A stretch of DNA of 64,000 bases, from assembly GCA_050246755.1 (NCBI GenBank), contig JBFWVL010000005.1, positions 32,001-96,000 of the forward strand, written 5' to 3'. This DNA comes from Bacteriovoracia bacterium (lineage in GTDB: Bacteria; Bdellovibrionota; UBA1018; CAIPTA01). The notes below the pieces were generated by a model, which was not told the origin of the DNA, made no database searches, and saw nothing but the letters and a program-made list of their open reading frames with translations. Each line of letters opens with the position of its first letter. The first letter of the stretch is position 1. The position numbers and the translations under genes were made by a program. Below, piece by piece: positions 1-9,190 of the stretch.

Positions 1-744
1 TCGGTGGATCGCTATGAAATTGATTTCCTCAGTTCCACGCCTTCTTTCTGGACGCTCGTGAATAAATTCGGAATTGAGCCTCCCGTGCGGAAGCTGAAGC
101 GTCTCAACTGCGGAAGCGCACCCCTGAGCGTAACGGGTCATGAAATGATGCAGAAGTGGGGAGCGCCTGGTTCGCTATGGGGCTCCTATGGCCTCACTGA
201 ATTTGGCACCTGGGTGGGTGGCGGAAAGCTCGACACCTACCGGGTGAGCCCGGTGGATGAATGTTGGGGAGTGGAACATAAAATCGAAGAAGGGCAGCTA
301 TACCTTCGCTCTCCCCACGCGATGCAGGGGTATTTAGGCCATGAACCCCTTCCGGCCGGCTGGTTTCCCACCGGTGACTTAGCGCAGGCGAGTGGCGAGG
401 GTTTCACCGTGAGTGGGCGAATCTCGAGCTTCATCAATGTGGCCGGCGCGAAGGTGGATCCCTTGGAGGTAGTGGAAGCCTTGAAGCTGCGTTTTCCGGG
501 AATTAGCGAAGCCGTGGCGGTAGGGATTCCCCACGATATTTATGGCGAGGTGGTGGCCGTGGCCTTCGTAGCGGATTCTTCGATAGAAGAAAGTGCTTTG
601 CGAAGTGAAATGCGGAATGGCCTGAGCGCCGCGAAAGTTCCTCGCTACTGGACACAAGTAAAAGAATTACCCATGCTCCGGAACGGAAAAGTGAATTTTA
701 CGGAGCTGAAAGAGCTGTTTCTAAAGAAAAAAGCCGAGCTATAG
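1..744 (+). CDS. AMP-binding (ANL superfamily) acyl-CoA synthetase-like protein, 5' end outside window
   Basis: YGLTE, TGDL and GR...INVAGAKVDP-E motifs, plus C-terminal LP-LRNGKV; frame is open at the window start. Confidence 0.85.
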   Translation, partial: SVDRYEIDFLSSTPSFWTLVNKFGIEPPVRKLKRLNCGSAPLSVTGHEMMQKWGAPGSLWGSYGLTEFGTWVGGGKLDTYRVSPVDECWGVEHKIEEGQLYLRSPHAMQGYLGHEPLPAGWFPTGDLAQASGEGFTVSGRISSFINVAGAKVDPLEVVEALKLRFPGISEAVAVGIPHDIYGEVVAVAFVADSSIEESALRSEMRNGLSAAKVPRYWTQVKELPMLRNGKVNFTELKELFLKKKAEL

Positions 745-1506
745 CGGCCACTGCGTTTTTTTTCGTCCGAATTCGCAGAGGGCATTGATGATCCAGCCTA
801 TTATCCCTAACGCCAATAGTCCGGCGAAGAGCTCGACGATCGCGAATCTTTCCCAGCAACTGTAGATATAGAAACCAATTCCGGAATTGGCCGCCATCGC
901 CTCGCCGAGCACCACCATGCTCAGCCCATATCCCGCCGCTAGCTTTAGGCCGGCAAAAAAATCCGGCAGCACCGGCTTGAACACGAAGTAGTAGAGGCGT
1001 TTGCCGAAAGGCACCCGAAAAACGGTGCTGAGCTCATAGAGTTGTCCGTTAGCGATTTTCTGCAGGGAATTTTCGAGCGCGAGATAGAGGAAAAAGAAAA
1101 TGCCCACGAAGATCAAAAAGGTTTGGGAAAGCGCGCCAATCCCCATGATCGTTAGCAAAAGAGGATGGATGGCGGCGCGGGGAACCGAATAGAGAGTGGC
1201 GAAGAGCGGCGAGAATATGCGGCGGCAGATTTTCGAATATACCGTGAGCAGGGAAAGCAAAAAAGCCGCCGGAATGGCAAGGGCGAGGCCGCCGAGGAAA
1301 CGAGTGCCGCTATCGGCCAGGGCCAGCGCGATCGCGGGCTGGGGGCCGAATAGTAAATGGAAAAGGGCGGGCAGTATTTGCGAGGGCGGAGGAAAAAAGC
1401 GCTGGTCGGCACCCATGAAGGCCAAGCCAAATTCCCAGAGCAGAAGCCATAGGGCCGCGCTGATCAGGCTCCAGCCTAACTCGATAGCGGAGTTTCGCTG
1501 TTTCAC
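739..1506 (-). CDS. ABC transporter permease, SsuC/TauC/NitT family
   Basis: Multiple TM segments, FFPPPS motif, GEAMAANSGIG; overlaps the ATPase gene. Confidence 0.85.
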   Translation of the reverse strand: MKQRNSAIELGWSLISAALWLLLWEFGLAFMGADQRFFPPPSQILPALFHLLFGPQPAIALALADSGTRFLGGLALAIPAAFLLSLLTVYSKICRRIFSPLFATLYSVPRAAIHPLLLTIMGIGALSQTFLIFVGIFFFLYLALENSLQKIANGQLYELSTVFRVPFGKRLYYFVFKPVLPDFFAGLKLAAGYGLSMVVLGEAMAANSGIGFYIYSCWERFAIVELFAGLLALGIIGWIINALCEFGRKKTQWPL

Positions 1507-2207
1507 GAGCGCTCCCCGCGCAGGTGGGCGAGCACGCGCTCGAAGAGAGCCGGATATTCCGGATGCAAGTGCAGTGCGCGAATCGAGGCAATGTCTTTCA
1601 CTGGAGAATCGATGCGCTCCACGATTTGCATCGGGGAGCGCCCGGCCAGCCAGATTTCTCGTCCGAGAAGGAGGGCTTCGTCTACGTCGTGAGTCACCAA
1701 CAGCATCCCGCAGGCATTTTTCGCGAGGTAAATTTTCGTTAAATCGTAGAGCTCGAGCTTTTGCGCGTGATCGAGGTGGGCGAAGGGCTCATCCATCAAC
1801 AATACTTTGGGCTGAGGTAAAAAAGCACGGATGAGGTTCAGCTTCTGCTGCATGCCGCCCGAAAGCTGCTGGGGAAAATGCGAATGGAAGGAGCCGAGAC
1901 CGACGGAATCAAGTTCCCGCTGGAGCACTTCATCGGGCGCACCGGAAACCGCGCGCAGATTTTGCCATACGGTAAGCCAAGGAAGAAGGCTCTGGTTTTG
2001 AATGCAAACGGAGAGCCGCGATCGGTCTGCCTTAATCGTGCCGGCCTCGATGGATTCTAGGCCCAGGATTGAGCGCAGTAGAACGGTTTTGCCGCTTCCG
2101 CTAGGGCCGATGAGCGCTATCCGGGAGTGGGAGGAGAAGGAGATGCTTAAATCGCGGAGGATCTGGTGTTTGCCGAAGTTTTTGCTGATTCCCTGGACTT
2201 CGATCAA
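1503..2207 (-). CDS. ABC transporter ATP-binding protein, SsuB/TauB family
   Basis: Walker A GPSGSGKT, LLPWLTV, LSGGMQQ, LLMDEPF, VTHD. Confidence 0.92.
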   Translation of the reverse strand: MIEVQGISKNFGKHQILRDLSISFSSHSRIALIGPSGSGKTVLLRSILGLESIEAGTIKADRSRLSVCIQNQSLLPWLTVWQNLRAVSGAPDEVLQRELDSVGLGSFHSHFPQQLSGGMQQKLNLIRAFLPQPKVLLMDEPFAHLDHAQKLELYDLTKIYLAKNACGMLLVTHDVDEALLLGREIWLAGRSPMQIVERIDSPVKDIASIRALHLHPEYPALFERVLAHLRGERS

Positions 2208-2213
2208 TGCGCG

Positions 2214-3224
2214 CTACTTTCTTTTGGGAGCGGTTTTCCGCGAAGCCTGCTCGGCAAACCAGGGGTCCACAATTTTACTGGGATCTACTTTTTCGGTCAC
2301 GAAGCCGTGCTCGATATACCAGCGCAAATCGGCAGTCAGGGCCGAGAGGTTCATTTTTCCATCGTCGTTCAGGGCAGGAGGAACCATTTTCTCCCACTGC
2401 TCGGGTTTGGAGGCGTCGGTGTTCTTCGCGAGGATTTCAATGATTCGTTTCCGGTTTTGCGGCTGCTTATCTCGAAGCGCGAGATTCGTTTCTCTTACTC
2501 CGCGTAAATACGCTTTCATGAAACGCAAGCCCAGGGCGCGATCATTTTCCAATAAGCGCCCACCGTAGAGAATCGCCGCCGAAGTTTGGCCGGGGTAGTA
2601 TTCTGAGCTTCCCGCCTTGCGCACAAAGAGCTGGTTTTCCTCGCCCAGATCTACATAAGGTTGGATCTGCACGGCCGCGTCGATGGATTTACTCTTCATC
2701 GCGGCATTGATTTCCGCGTATGCCAGTTTATGCAGGGAAACGTCTTTGAGCGAAAGGCCGGCCGAGGCCAGCATCTTGTCGAGCAGAATCTGGAGCGAGC
2801 TGCCTTCGGTGGAAATGATCCCGATTTTTTTTCCTTTTAGCCAAGCGATGTTTTTGTATTCGCTCTCTAAATCCTTGCGAATCACCAAAAAGATATAATC
2901 CAGCGCTTTAGAGGAATGGCCTTTGTCGGCCACGAGCCGCAGTTTGATTCCTTTGCCGATCGCATTGAAGAGCCCGGCGTTCACAACGCCCGCACCCACG
3001 TCGAGGTCGCCGTTCGCGAGCAGGGTAGTCATCGGCAGCGCGGATTGTTTCATGATCACGATTTCGGCATCGATGCCTTCGTCAGCAAAGTAACCCATTT
3101 CTTTGGCCACGAAAACGGCGGCGGAGCTCGTGGCGTTCGAGCTGCCTACTTTGAGCTTATCGAGGGCAAAGGCGGGCGGAGCGAGGAAAAGAAACGTCAG
3201 AGCCAAGAAAACGATTTTTTCCAT
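2214..3224 (-). CDS. ABC transporter substrate-binding protein, NMT1/THI5/SsuA-like
   Basis: Signal peptide, FVAKEMGYFADEGID motif, operon with ATPase and permease. Confidence 0.85.
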   Translation of the reverse strand: MEKIVFLALTFLFLAPPAFALDKLKVGSSNATSSAAVFVAKEMGYFADEGIDAEIVIMKQSALPMTTLLANGDLDVGAGVVNAGLFNAIGKGIKLRLVADKGHSSKALDYIFLVIRKDLESEYKNIAWLKGKKIGIISTEGSSLQILLDKMLASAGLSLKDVSLHKLAYAEINAAMKSKSIDAAVQIQPYVDLGEENQLFVRKAGSSEYYPGQTSAAILYGGRLLENDRALGLRFMKAYLRGVRETNLALRDKQPQNRKRIIEILAKNTDASKPEQWEKMVPPALNDDGKMNLSALTADLRWYIEHGFVTEKVDPSKIVDPWFAEQASRKTAPKRK

Positions 3225-3236
3225 CTTTTCCTCTCC

Positions 3237-3656
3237 TTAACGCTTACGCGTATAGATCGTGAGCTCACCATTCTTGCTGGTGAACTCGAAAAAGTTTCCG
3301 CGCGAACTTTCGAAGGTGAAGTGCACGTCGGCGGGAGTGGGGCCTTCACCGGTCCAATGCGCGCGCCCTAAGGATTCTTTCGCGGCAATTTGTACGCTGG
3401 GAGAGGGGAGCAAACGAAAGTTGCAGGTGGCGCCCGTTTCACTGCGCCCGCAGTTGATGCGGAAACTCTCATCGCTATTTTGCCAATAGAGCTCGTGCTC
3501 GATGCCCCAGGCGTTGAAAAACTGCTGGATTCGGCCGTTGCGTCCGCGCTCGTTCACGAGAATGGCCACTTTTTCCGGGCGATGGAATACGGCCACGGAG
3601 TCGGCGGCGGCGAAGGCATTGGGAGAGGCAAACAATAAGGTAAGGAGGAAAATCAT
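3237..3656 (-). CDS. Hypothetical secreted protein
   Basis: AFA signal peptide, Cys pair, co-oriented 12 bp upstream of the SBP gene. Confidence 0.7.
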   Translation of the reverse strand: MIFLLTLLFASPNAFAAADSVAVFHRPEKVAILVNERGRNGRIQQFFNAWGIEHELYWQNSDESFRINCGRSETGATCNFRLLPSPSVQIAAKESLGRAHWTGEGPTPADVHFTFESSRGNFFEFTSKNGELTIYTRKR

Positions 3657-3790
3657 GGAGGAAAAGTATGACGAAGAGGCAAGGAAAGCAAAGCGGAAGA
3701 TGGCTGCGTGGCGTTAAGATGGAGGGGGCTTGTGCGGGTGTCTGCCCGGGATTAAATTGGCCTAAACATTCATTCAGAAAGGTTATTTCT

Positions 3791-4072
3791 ATGAAAAATA
3801 TCTTCACCGCCCTCCTCTTCGCCGGCTTTTCCCTCACGGCTCATGCCGAAAAAGTGACCGTAGCCATCAACGGAATGCATTGCGGCGACTGCGCGGCTTC
3901 CATTCAGGAAAAATTCAAGGCCATGCCCGAAGTGAAGGACGTGAACGTTAGCTTTAAAAACAAGAACATGGTTCTTCACACGGCTGGCAAGCAAGACCTT
4001 ACCGATGAGAAGATCAAAACCGAGATTGCGACCGCGGGCTACAAGACCGGAAAGATCACGCGCGCGGAATGA
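3791..4072 (+). CDS. Periplasmic heavy-metal-associated (HMA) domain protein, MerP/CopZ-like
   Basis: Signal peptide MKNIF...AHA followed by GMHCGDC (GMxCxxC); start re-called at ATG 3791. Confidence 0.85.
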   Translation: MKNIFTALLFAGFSLTAHAEKVTVAINGMHCGDCAASIQEKFKAMPEVKDVNVSFKNKNMVLHTAGKQDLTDEKIKTEIATAGYKTGKITRAE

Positions 4073-5409
4073 GCTATTTAACCCTTCCTTTTCTTTCTCT
4101 TCTTTTGATTTCTGGTGCGCAGGCTGCCGAGCCTGCGCATTCTCACCACTCACCCGCGCCGAAAGCCGAAACGAGTGTGAGCCCCAAGCCGGAAGAAGCT
4201 AAATCCGAAGTTTTGGCCTATTCCGCCGCCCGCTGTTCCGACATGGAAGTTTGGGACTACGGCATGAGCATGTGTACGCCCTTCCCCATGGCCGGGATGC
4301 CAATGCGCATGGCAATGCTGCACGGAAATGCTTTTTTCAACCAAACGTTCGCTTCAGGCCCACGAGGCCGGAGTGCATTCACCATTCCCAATATGAGCAT
4401 GCTGGATTTGGGCACCTCTCTCGGCGATCGTCACTACTTCAATGTAGATCTGATGCTAACGGCGGAAAAGTGGACCTATCCGAGCGGCGGCTACCCCGAG
4501 CTTTTGCAGATCGGGGAAGAGAATCGCAATCATCGCCCCTACGTCGACGCCCAGCACCCGCATTCTTCGCCCCTCATGGGCCTTACCTTCAGCGATACCA
4601 TTGCGTTCGGTTCGGGCCGCGATCACGTGAAAGTATTTTTTGCTCCCCGCGGGGAGTCTACCGACGGGCCGATCGCCTTCATGCATCGTCCTACCGGCAC
4701 CGTAAATCCCGACGCCCCGCTCGGCCACCATATCGGCCAGGACGTGGGCCATATTTCCAGCACCGTGGCCGGCGCTTCGTTGCGCACGGGCGATACCACG
4801 CTCGAAGCCTCCACGTTTCACGGGGAAGAGCCCTCGCCGGACAAAGTAGATCTTCCCATCGGTATGCCGAATTCCTATTCGGTGCGTGTCATTCATGAGT
4901 TTTTCCCGAAAATTTTTGCGATGGCTTCCGCCGCGTACGTAAAAGAGCCCGAGGCTCACGGCAGCGGGCCCGATCACGTATGGCGTTACTCCGCTTCGCT
5001 CTATCGGCAAAAAATTCCTTCGGGAAATGGCTGGATCCTCCACGACGCGTTCATCTGGGGAATGATAAAAAATTACGATCACGTTTCCACCCTGCATTCG
5101 TTCGGTAAGGAATTCCTGGTACAACGAGGCCGCGCGAACCTATGGGGCAGGCTGGAGCTCCTGCAGCGAACCCCCGAACAACTGGCCCTCACCGGCGTGG
5201 CCGATCTGCACAGCCCTCGCTGGGTGGCCGCGCTCACGCTAGGGTATACGCATCGTCTCACGAACTGGGATAGTGGAAGCCTCGGCCTCGGCGGTTCCTA
5301 TACGCAGGATTTATTGCCAAGGTCCTATCGCCACGACTACAGTGGAAATCCATTTTCTGGAAAAATATTCCTGCAGCTCAGCGGGATGAAAATGTGGGAT
5401 CTGCTCTAA
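4069..5409 (+). CDS. His/Met-rich exported protein, probable outer-membrane beta-barrel
   Basis: Signal peptide, HSHH and Met-rich N-terminus, QHPH and PLGHH-QD motifs, alternating beta-strand pattern in C-terminal half; ATGA overlap with HMA gene. Confidence 0.7.
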   Translation: MSYLTLPFLSLLLISGAQAAEPAHSHHSPAPKAETSVSPKPEEAKSEVLAYSAARCSDMEVWDYGMSMCTPFPMAGMPMRMAMLHGNAFFNQTFASGPRGRSAFTIPNMSMLDLGTSLGDRHYFNVDLMLTAEKWTYPSGGYPELLQIGEENRNHRPYVDAQHPHSSPLMGLTFSDTIAFGSGRDHVKVFFAPRGESTDGPIAFMHRPTGTVNPDAPLGHHIGQDVGHISSTVAGASLRTGDTTLEASTFHGEEPSPDKVDLPIGMPNSYSVRVIHEFFPKIFAMASAAYVKEPEAHGSGPDHVWRYSASLYRQKIPSGNGWILHDAFIWGMIKNYDHVSTLHSFGKEFLVQRGRANLWGRLELLQRTPEQLALTGVADLHSPRWVAALTLGYTHRLTNWDSGSLGLGGSYTQDLLPRSYRHDYSGNPFSGKIFLQLSGMKMWDLL

Positions 5410-7353
5410 TTACTTCTTAGACATCTGCACGCGCAGTGCTTTTAGGAAAGCAGCTTTTTGCACGGGATCGCTCATCACGTTACTAAGGCGTGCGGCGGTT
5501 TGATTCCCGAAGAGCCCATCCGTGGCGAGCCGAGAGGCCGGAGAGCGCTCGCTTTGCATGCTGTTGAGCGCACGCTGAATGATGGCGGTGTCTTTTTTGC
5601 TATAGAGATCGAGGTCGCGTTTTTTGAGCTCTTCGTTCTGCTGGTAGTAGTTCCGCAAGTCTTTTGAATTCAACGCGGTATTATCCTCGGAAGTGATTTT
5701 GGGCGTGATATCTCCGGTGCTTTCTTTGTAGGCCACGTCGGCCTCTGCGGCGGGGGCGGGCATATAGACGGGTTTTACTTCCGGAGCGGTCTCCATTTTA
5801 TCCGCGTGCTCATTCGCGTAGGCCGCGTCTGCTTCCGCAGCGGGGGCCGGCATATAGGCAGGCTTTTCTTCTACGGGACCATAGCCGGTAGAAATGGGAA
5901 CCCTCGGTGCCTCGGGAACGGGTTTTTCCTCTACGGGGCCGTAGCCCGTAGAGATCGGAACTTTCGGCGCCATGTTCTGCGATTCCAAAACGGCCGGCGG
6001 CTTTTGCTCGATATCGCTATAGGCGGGTAGCGAGCTGAAAGCGTCGGCATCGGAACCAGTATAATAAGGTTCATTTACCGGCGTAGGGGTCGGCGGCGGA
6101 GCGGGAGCCAAGGATTGCGAAGTCACTTGGGCCAGCTCAGGAGAATGGATTTCGGCGGCCGGAGTGGGCGCAGGCTCTGTTTTCACGGCTTGAGATTTTG
6201 CCGTTTCGTGTTCATAAGCCACATCGGCTTCCGCGGCCGGAGCGGGCATATGGGAAGTTTCGGCATGGGTACTCACTTCCGTTTTCGGAGCTTCGATTTC
6301 CTTCAAAAACTTCTGCGTGGAGTCGGCCACGTTATTGTCGCCCTTGGGTTCGCTCACGGGGGAGGTATGCTCAGATTTCACGGGGGCAGTTTTTTCCGCA
6401 ACTTCCTGCGAAGCAATCGGCTTCGGCGGCTCCACGCCACTCGGCTTGGAGGCTAACTCGTCCTTTTTCTCCTCTGCTTTAGAAACTCCGGAGGCTTTTT
6501 CTGGTTTGGCTTGTCCCTTAATCGGTTCGGCCGCTTCGGCGGTTTTTTCCGGGCAGGTTTTGGCCACGCCTTCGGTTTTCGCGATCATAGTGGCTAGCGT
6601 GGTAGAATCTTTTTTCATCTGCGTAGCGAGCGCTTCCAATTGCTTGGCGAGCGTGGCCATCGTGCCGGAACGCTGGTTGGTTAAAGAGTTCAACGTTTGC
6701 AGTACGGTAGCAGGACAGTTTCCGGGCGCATTGGCCGGTTCGTAGATCATCACGAGGCCTTTGTACGGGCTAGACGGAGGAGTGGAGAGAGCGGAAAAAG
6801 ACGAAACTTCGGCACCGCACGCGGCCGACGTTCTTTTAAATGAGGCTGAGTCGGTGTGAAGCTCTTCGAGTTTTTGCTTGAGGCCTTTGTCGTTCGAGTT
6901 GTTGGCTTTATTGTCCACGATCTTCATTACTGCGGCATAGCCGGAATCGAGCGCGGCCTTTTTCTTTTTCTCTGATTCCACCGCTAGCTCCGGGCCTTCC
7001 GCGCAAATCGTAACATTGCTTAGTTTGGAGGCATCGATGCCTTTGGCCAGTTCGGCTTCCACCGCGGCGAGCTTATCGTGCAGGAATTTTTTTATGTCGT
7101 TTACATCGTTCTTGGTGGGGTTGATGAAGCCCTGCTGCGGAGTGGTCACGCCGGTTTTCGGGCAAGGGGATTTGTCGTAGTAGCGAGAGCAGCCGTTGCC
7201 GAAATTGGCCAAGGTATTAATTTGCGATTCGAAAGTTTGGAGGGTTTTCGAAATATCGGCGCGATAGACCGCGTAGGAGCCCGCTTGCTGGGCATGCGCG
7301 GCGGCAGACCACGAAAGCAGTAAGGCTAAGCAAATAGGGGTTATTCTTTGCAT
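5410..7353 (-). CDS. Secreted protein: Cys-containing helical N-domain, Pro/Ala/Glu-rich repeat linker, C-terminal peptidoglycan-binding-like domain (paralogue A)
   Basis: Signal peptide AHA; IIQRALN...LATDGLFGNQT resembles the PG_binding_1 consensus LQxAL...DGxFGxxT. Confidence 0.75.
   Translation of the reverse strand: MQRITPICLALLLSWSAAAHAQQAGSYAVYRADISKTLQTFESQINTLANFGNGCSRYYDKSPCPKTGVTTPQQGFINPTKNDVNDIKKFLHDKLAAVEAELAKGIDASKLSNVTICAEGPELAVESEKKKKAALDSGYAAVMKIVDNKANNSNDKGLKQKLEELHTDSASFKRTSAACGAEVSSFSALSTPPSSPYKGLVMIYEPANAPGNCPATVLQTLNSLTNQRSGTMATLAKQLEALATQMKKDSTTLATMIAKTEGVAKTCPEKTAEAAEPIKGQAKPEKASGVSKAEEKKDELASKPSGVEPPKPIASQEVAEKTAPVKSEHTSPVSEPKGDNNVADSTQKFLKEIEAPKTEVSTHAETSHMPAPAAEADVAYEHETAKSQAVKTEPAPTPAAEIHSPELAQVTSQSLAPAPPPTPTPVNEPYYTGSDADAFSSLPAYSDIEQKPPAVLESQNMAPKVPISTGYGPVEEKPVPEAPRVPISTGYGPVEEKPAYMPAPAAEADAAYANEHADKMETAPEVKPVYMPAPAAEADVAYKESTGDITPKITSEDNTALNSKDLRNYYQQNEELKKRDLDLYSKKDTAIIQRALNSMQSERSPASRLATDGLFGNQTAARLSNVMSDPVQKAAFLKALRVQMSKK
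5417..5736. repeat. Direct repeat copy 1 (~320 bp), 3' end of paralogue A
   Basis: Matches 7439-7758 at offset 2022; only 2 mismatches seen by eye. Confidence 0.95.
5735..6250 (-). repeat. Intragenic peptide repeats: MPAPAAEADxAY x3 and PxVPISTGYGPVEEKP x2
   Basis: Visible in the translation of 5410-7353. Confidence 0.85.
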
Positions 7354-7360
7354 AGCTTCT

Positions 7361-7388
7361 TTATCGGCTATGTGGACCCATAAGTTTA
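7361..7388 (-). promoter_or_regulatory. Sigma28 (FliA)-type promoter, likely leaderless
   Basis: TAAA-N16-GCCGATAA on the minus strand, 7 nt before ATG 7353, no SD. Confidence 0.7.
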
Positions 7389-7434
7389 GCGAGGCCTGAT
7401 TGCGGGCAGATTATAAGTTATTGAAATAACTAAA

Positions 7435-8958
7435 TTATTTAGACATCTGCACGCGCAGTGCTTTTAGGAATGCAGCTTTTTGCACGGGATCGCTCATCAC
7501 GTTACTAAGGCGTGCGGCGGTTTGATTCCCGAAGAGCCCATCCGTGGCGAGCCGAGAGGCCGGAGAGCGCTCGCTTTGCATGCTGTTGAGCGCACGCTGA
7601 ATGATGGCGGTGTCTTTTTTGCTATAGAGATCGAGGTCGCGTTTTTTGAGCTCTTCGTTCTGCTGGTAGTAGTTCCGCAAGTCTTTTGAATTCAACGCGG
7701 TATTATCCTCGGAAGTGATTTTGGGCGTGATATCTCCGGTGCCTTCTTTGTAGGCCACCTCGGCGGGCTTGGAATCTGGTTTCGCCACGCTTTCTTCGAA
7801 AGCAAAGGGATCGCGATCTAGAGATTTTGCCACGGGATGCGATTCAGGGGGCTGGGGGACTACTTCCGGATCCGTTAAAATTTGTTTAGCTACGCCGCCG
7901 GCGGAATTTTCTTTATCGGCGGTAGTGGTGGAAATGGGGGCGTCGGCTTTTTTGGCTTCTGGCGCAGCGGCCGCTGCGATCGGAGTAGGCTGAACATCGC
8001 TTTTTTTCTCGTCAGCTTTCGACACGCCGGAGGGTTTCTCATCTTTTGCCGGTCCCGTTGGGATGGGCGGAGTTTCCTGCGCGATGCTCGTTGGGCAAGA
8101 TCGGCCCACGGCGGCAGTGGCTACCATTACTTTATCAATTTTTTCGGAGGCGTCGTTCATTTTTTTCGAAAGCGCTTCTAGCTGGGTGACCACGGCTTTA
8201 ACTTGGCCTTTTTCTTTATCGGCAATAGTGAGGTAGCTTTTCAGCACGGAGCTATCGCAGCTAGGGTGCTTGTTGTCTTTAGAAAACGCCAAGGCGAGAC
8301 CAGCGTGCGGGGTTGGTGGAATATTCCTATCAACGGTTCCGACGAATTTTACGAAGCCAGAGGCAAACCCTGCTTCTCTGTCGGATACGATATTCCCGCA
8401 TTTTTTTGCGGTGGAAAGATAAGGCTCTCCGCCTCTATGCAATTCATTGAACTTCTCTTTGAGGCCGTCGTTTTTCTTGGGGTCGGCGCCATTTAGCAGT
8501 AAATTGATGGCGGCGATGGAATCGGCGAGAGACTTTTTCTTTTGTGAGAGGGAGTTGAGCGAAACTTCTGGGCCGGATTGGCAAACGGTTACTTTATCGA
8601 GCGCGTTGGCGCTGATTCCTTCCGCCAAGGTGGCTTCGGTCTCTTTGAGTTTTCCTTCGAGGAAGGCCTTCACTTGATTCATATTCGTTCTGGTGGGATT
8701 AATGAAATCTGCTTTATTTCCATTTACGCCGGCAACGCCGGGGCAGATTGGATGATCCATGTAATCGGTGCATCCGCTTCCCTTTTGTTCGATATTTTTT
8801 AAATTCGAATTCACGCTATTGATCGCTTGGTCTATCGCGGTCCGGTTTGCGATGAATGCTTGCTTGTCGGCAGCCGGATCTCCGGCGCCCGCGAAAGCAG
8901 GACGGTGAAACGGGAGAAGGGCTAGTGTGACTAATAAAACTTGGGGTAGTTTTGTCAT
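7435..8958 (-). CDS. Secreted protein with C-terminal peptidoglycan-binding-like domain (paralogue B)
   Basis: Signal peptide AFA; same six-Cys N-domain pattern as paralogue A (GC...CP...FINPT...VTxC..GPE); near-identical tail. Confidence 0.75.
   Translation of the reverse strand: MTKLPQVLLVTLALLPFHRPAFAGAGDPAADKQAFIANRTAIDQAINSVNSNLKNIEQKGSGCTDYMDHPICPGVAGVNGNKADFINPTRTNMNQVKAFLEGKLKETEATLAEGISANALDKVTVCQSGPEVSLNSLSQKKKSLADSIAAINLLLNGADPKKNDGLKEKFNELHRGGEPYLSTAKKCGNIVSDREAGFASGFVKFVGTVDRNIPPTPHAGLALAFSKDNKHPSCDSSVLKSYLTIADKEKGQVKAVVTQLEALSKKMNDASEKIDKVMVATAAVGRSCPTSIAQETPPIPTGPAKDEKPSGVSKADEKKSDVQPTPIAAAAAPEAKKADAPISTTTADKENSAGGVAKQILTDPEVVPQPPESHPVAKSLDRDPFAFEESVAKPDSKPAEVAYKEGTGDITPKITSEDNTALNSKDLRNYYQQNEELKKRDLDLYSKKDTAIIQRALNSMQSERSPASRLATDGLFGNQTAARLSNVMSDPVQKAAFLKALRVQMSK
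7439..7758. repeat. Direct repeat copy 2 (~320 bp), 3' end of paralogue B
   Basis: Matches 5417-5736. Confidence 0.95.
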
Positions 8959-8965
8959 AAGTATC

Positions 8966-8993
8966 TTATCGGCACTTTTCAGAACTAGATTGA
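8966..8993 (-). promoter_or_regulatory. Sigma28-type promoter, likely leaderless
   Basis: TCAA-N16-GCCGATAA, 7 nt before ATG 8958. Confidence 0.65.
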
Positions 8994-9190
8994 ATGACCG
9001 CGGAAAATCAAAGTTCCACGCAAGTTATTGTGATTATTCGCATTTACTTCATGTCGGGCCTGGTTGCTTTCCAGTTTTTGCCCTCGATTTTGAAATAAGT
9101 TTTTACACGGAAAATATTTATTTCCGGCCGCAAGCACTGCGGCTAACGTTTAATCGCCGTATCGAGAAGCACATAACCAGGCGAATACGC

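Noticed and set aside
7414-7427. TAAGTTATTGAAAT as a dif/att recombination site
   Set aside because: No XerC/XerD arm pair and no integrase; at most an IHF-like site
5417-7758. 320-bp direct repeats as IS/prophage ends or a DGR template/variable pair
   Set aside because: Both copies are in-frame gene ends, with no transposase, integrase or reverse transcriptase nearby and only two mismatches
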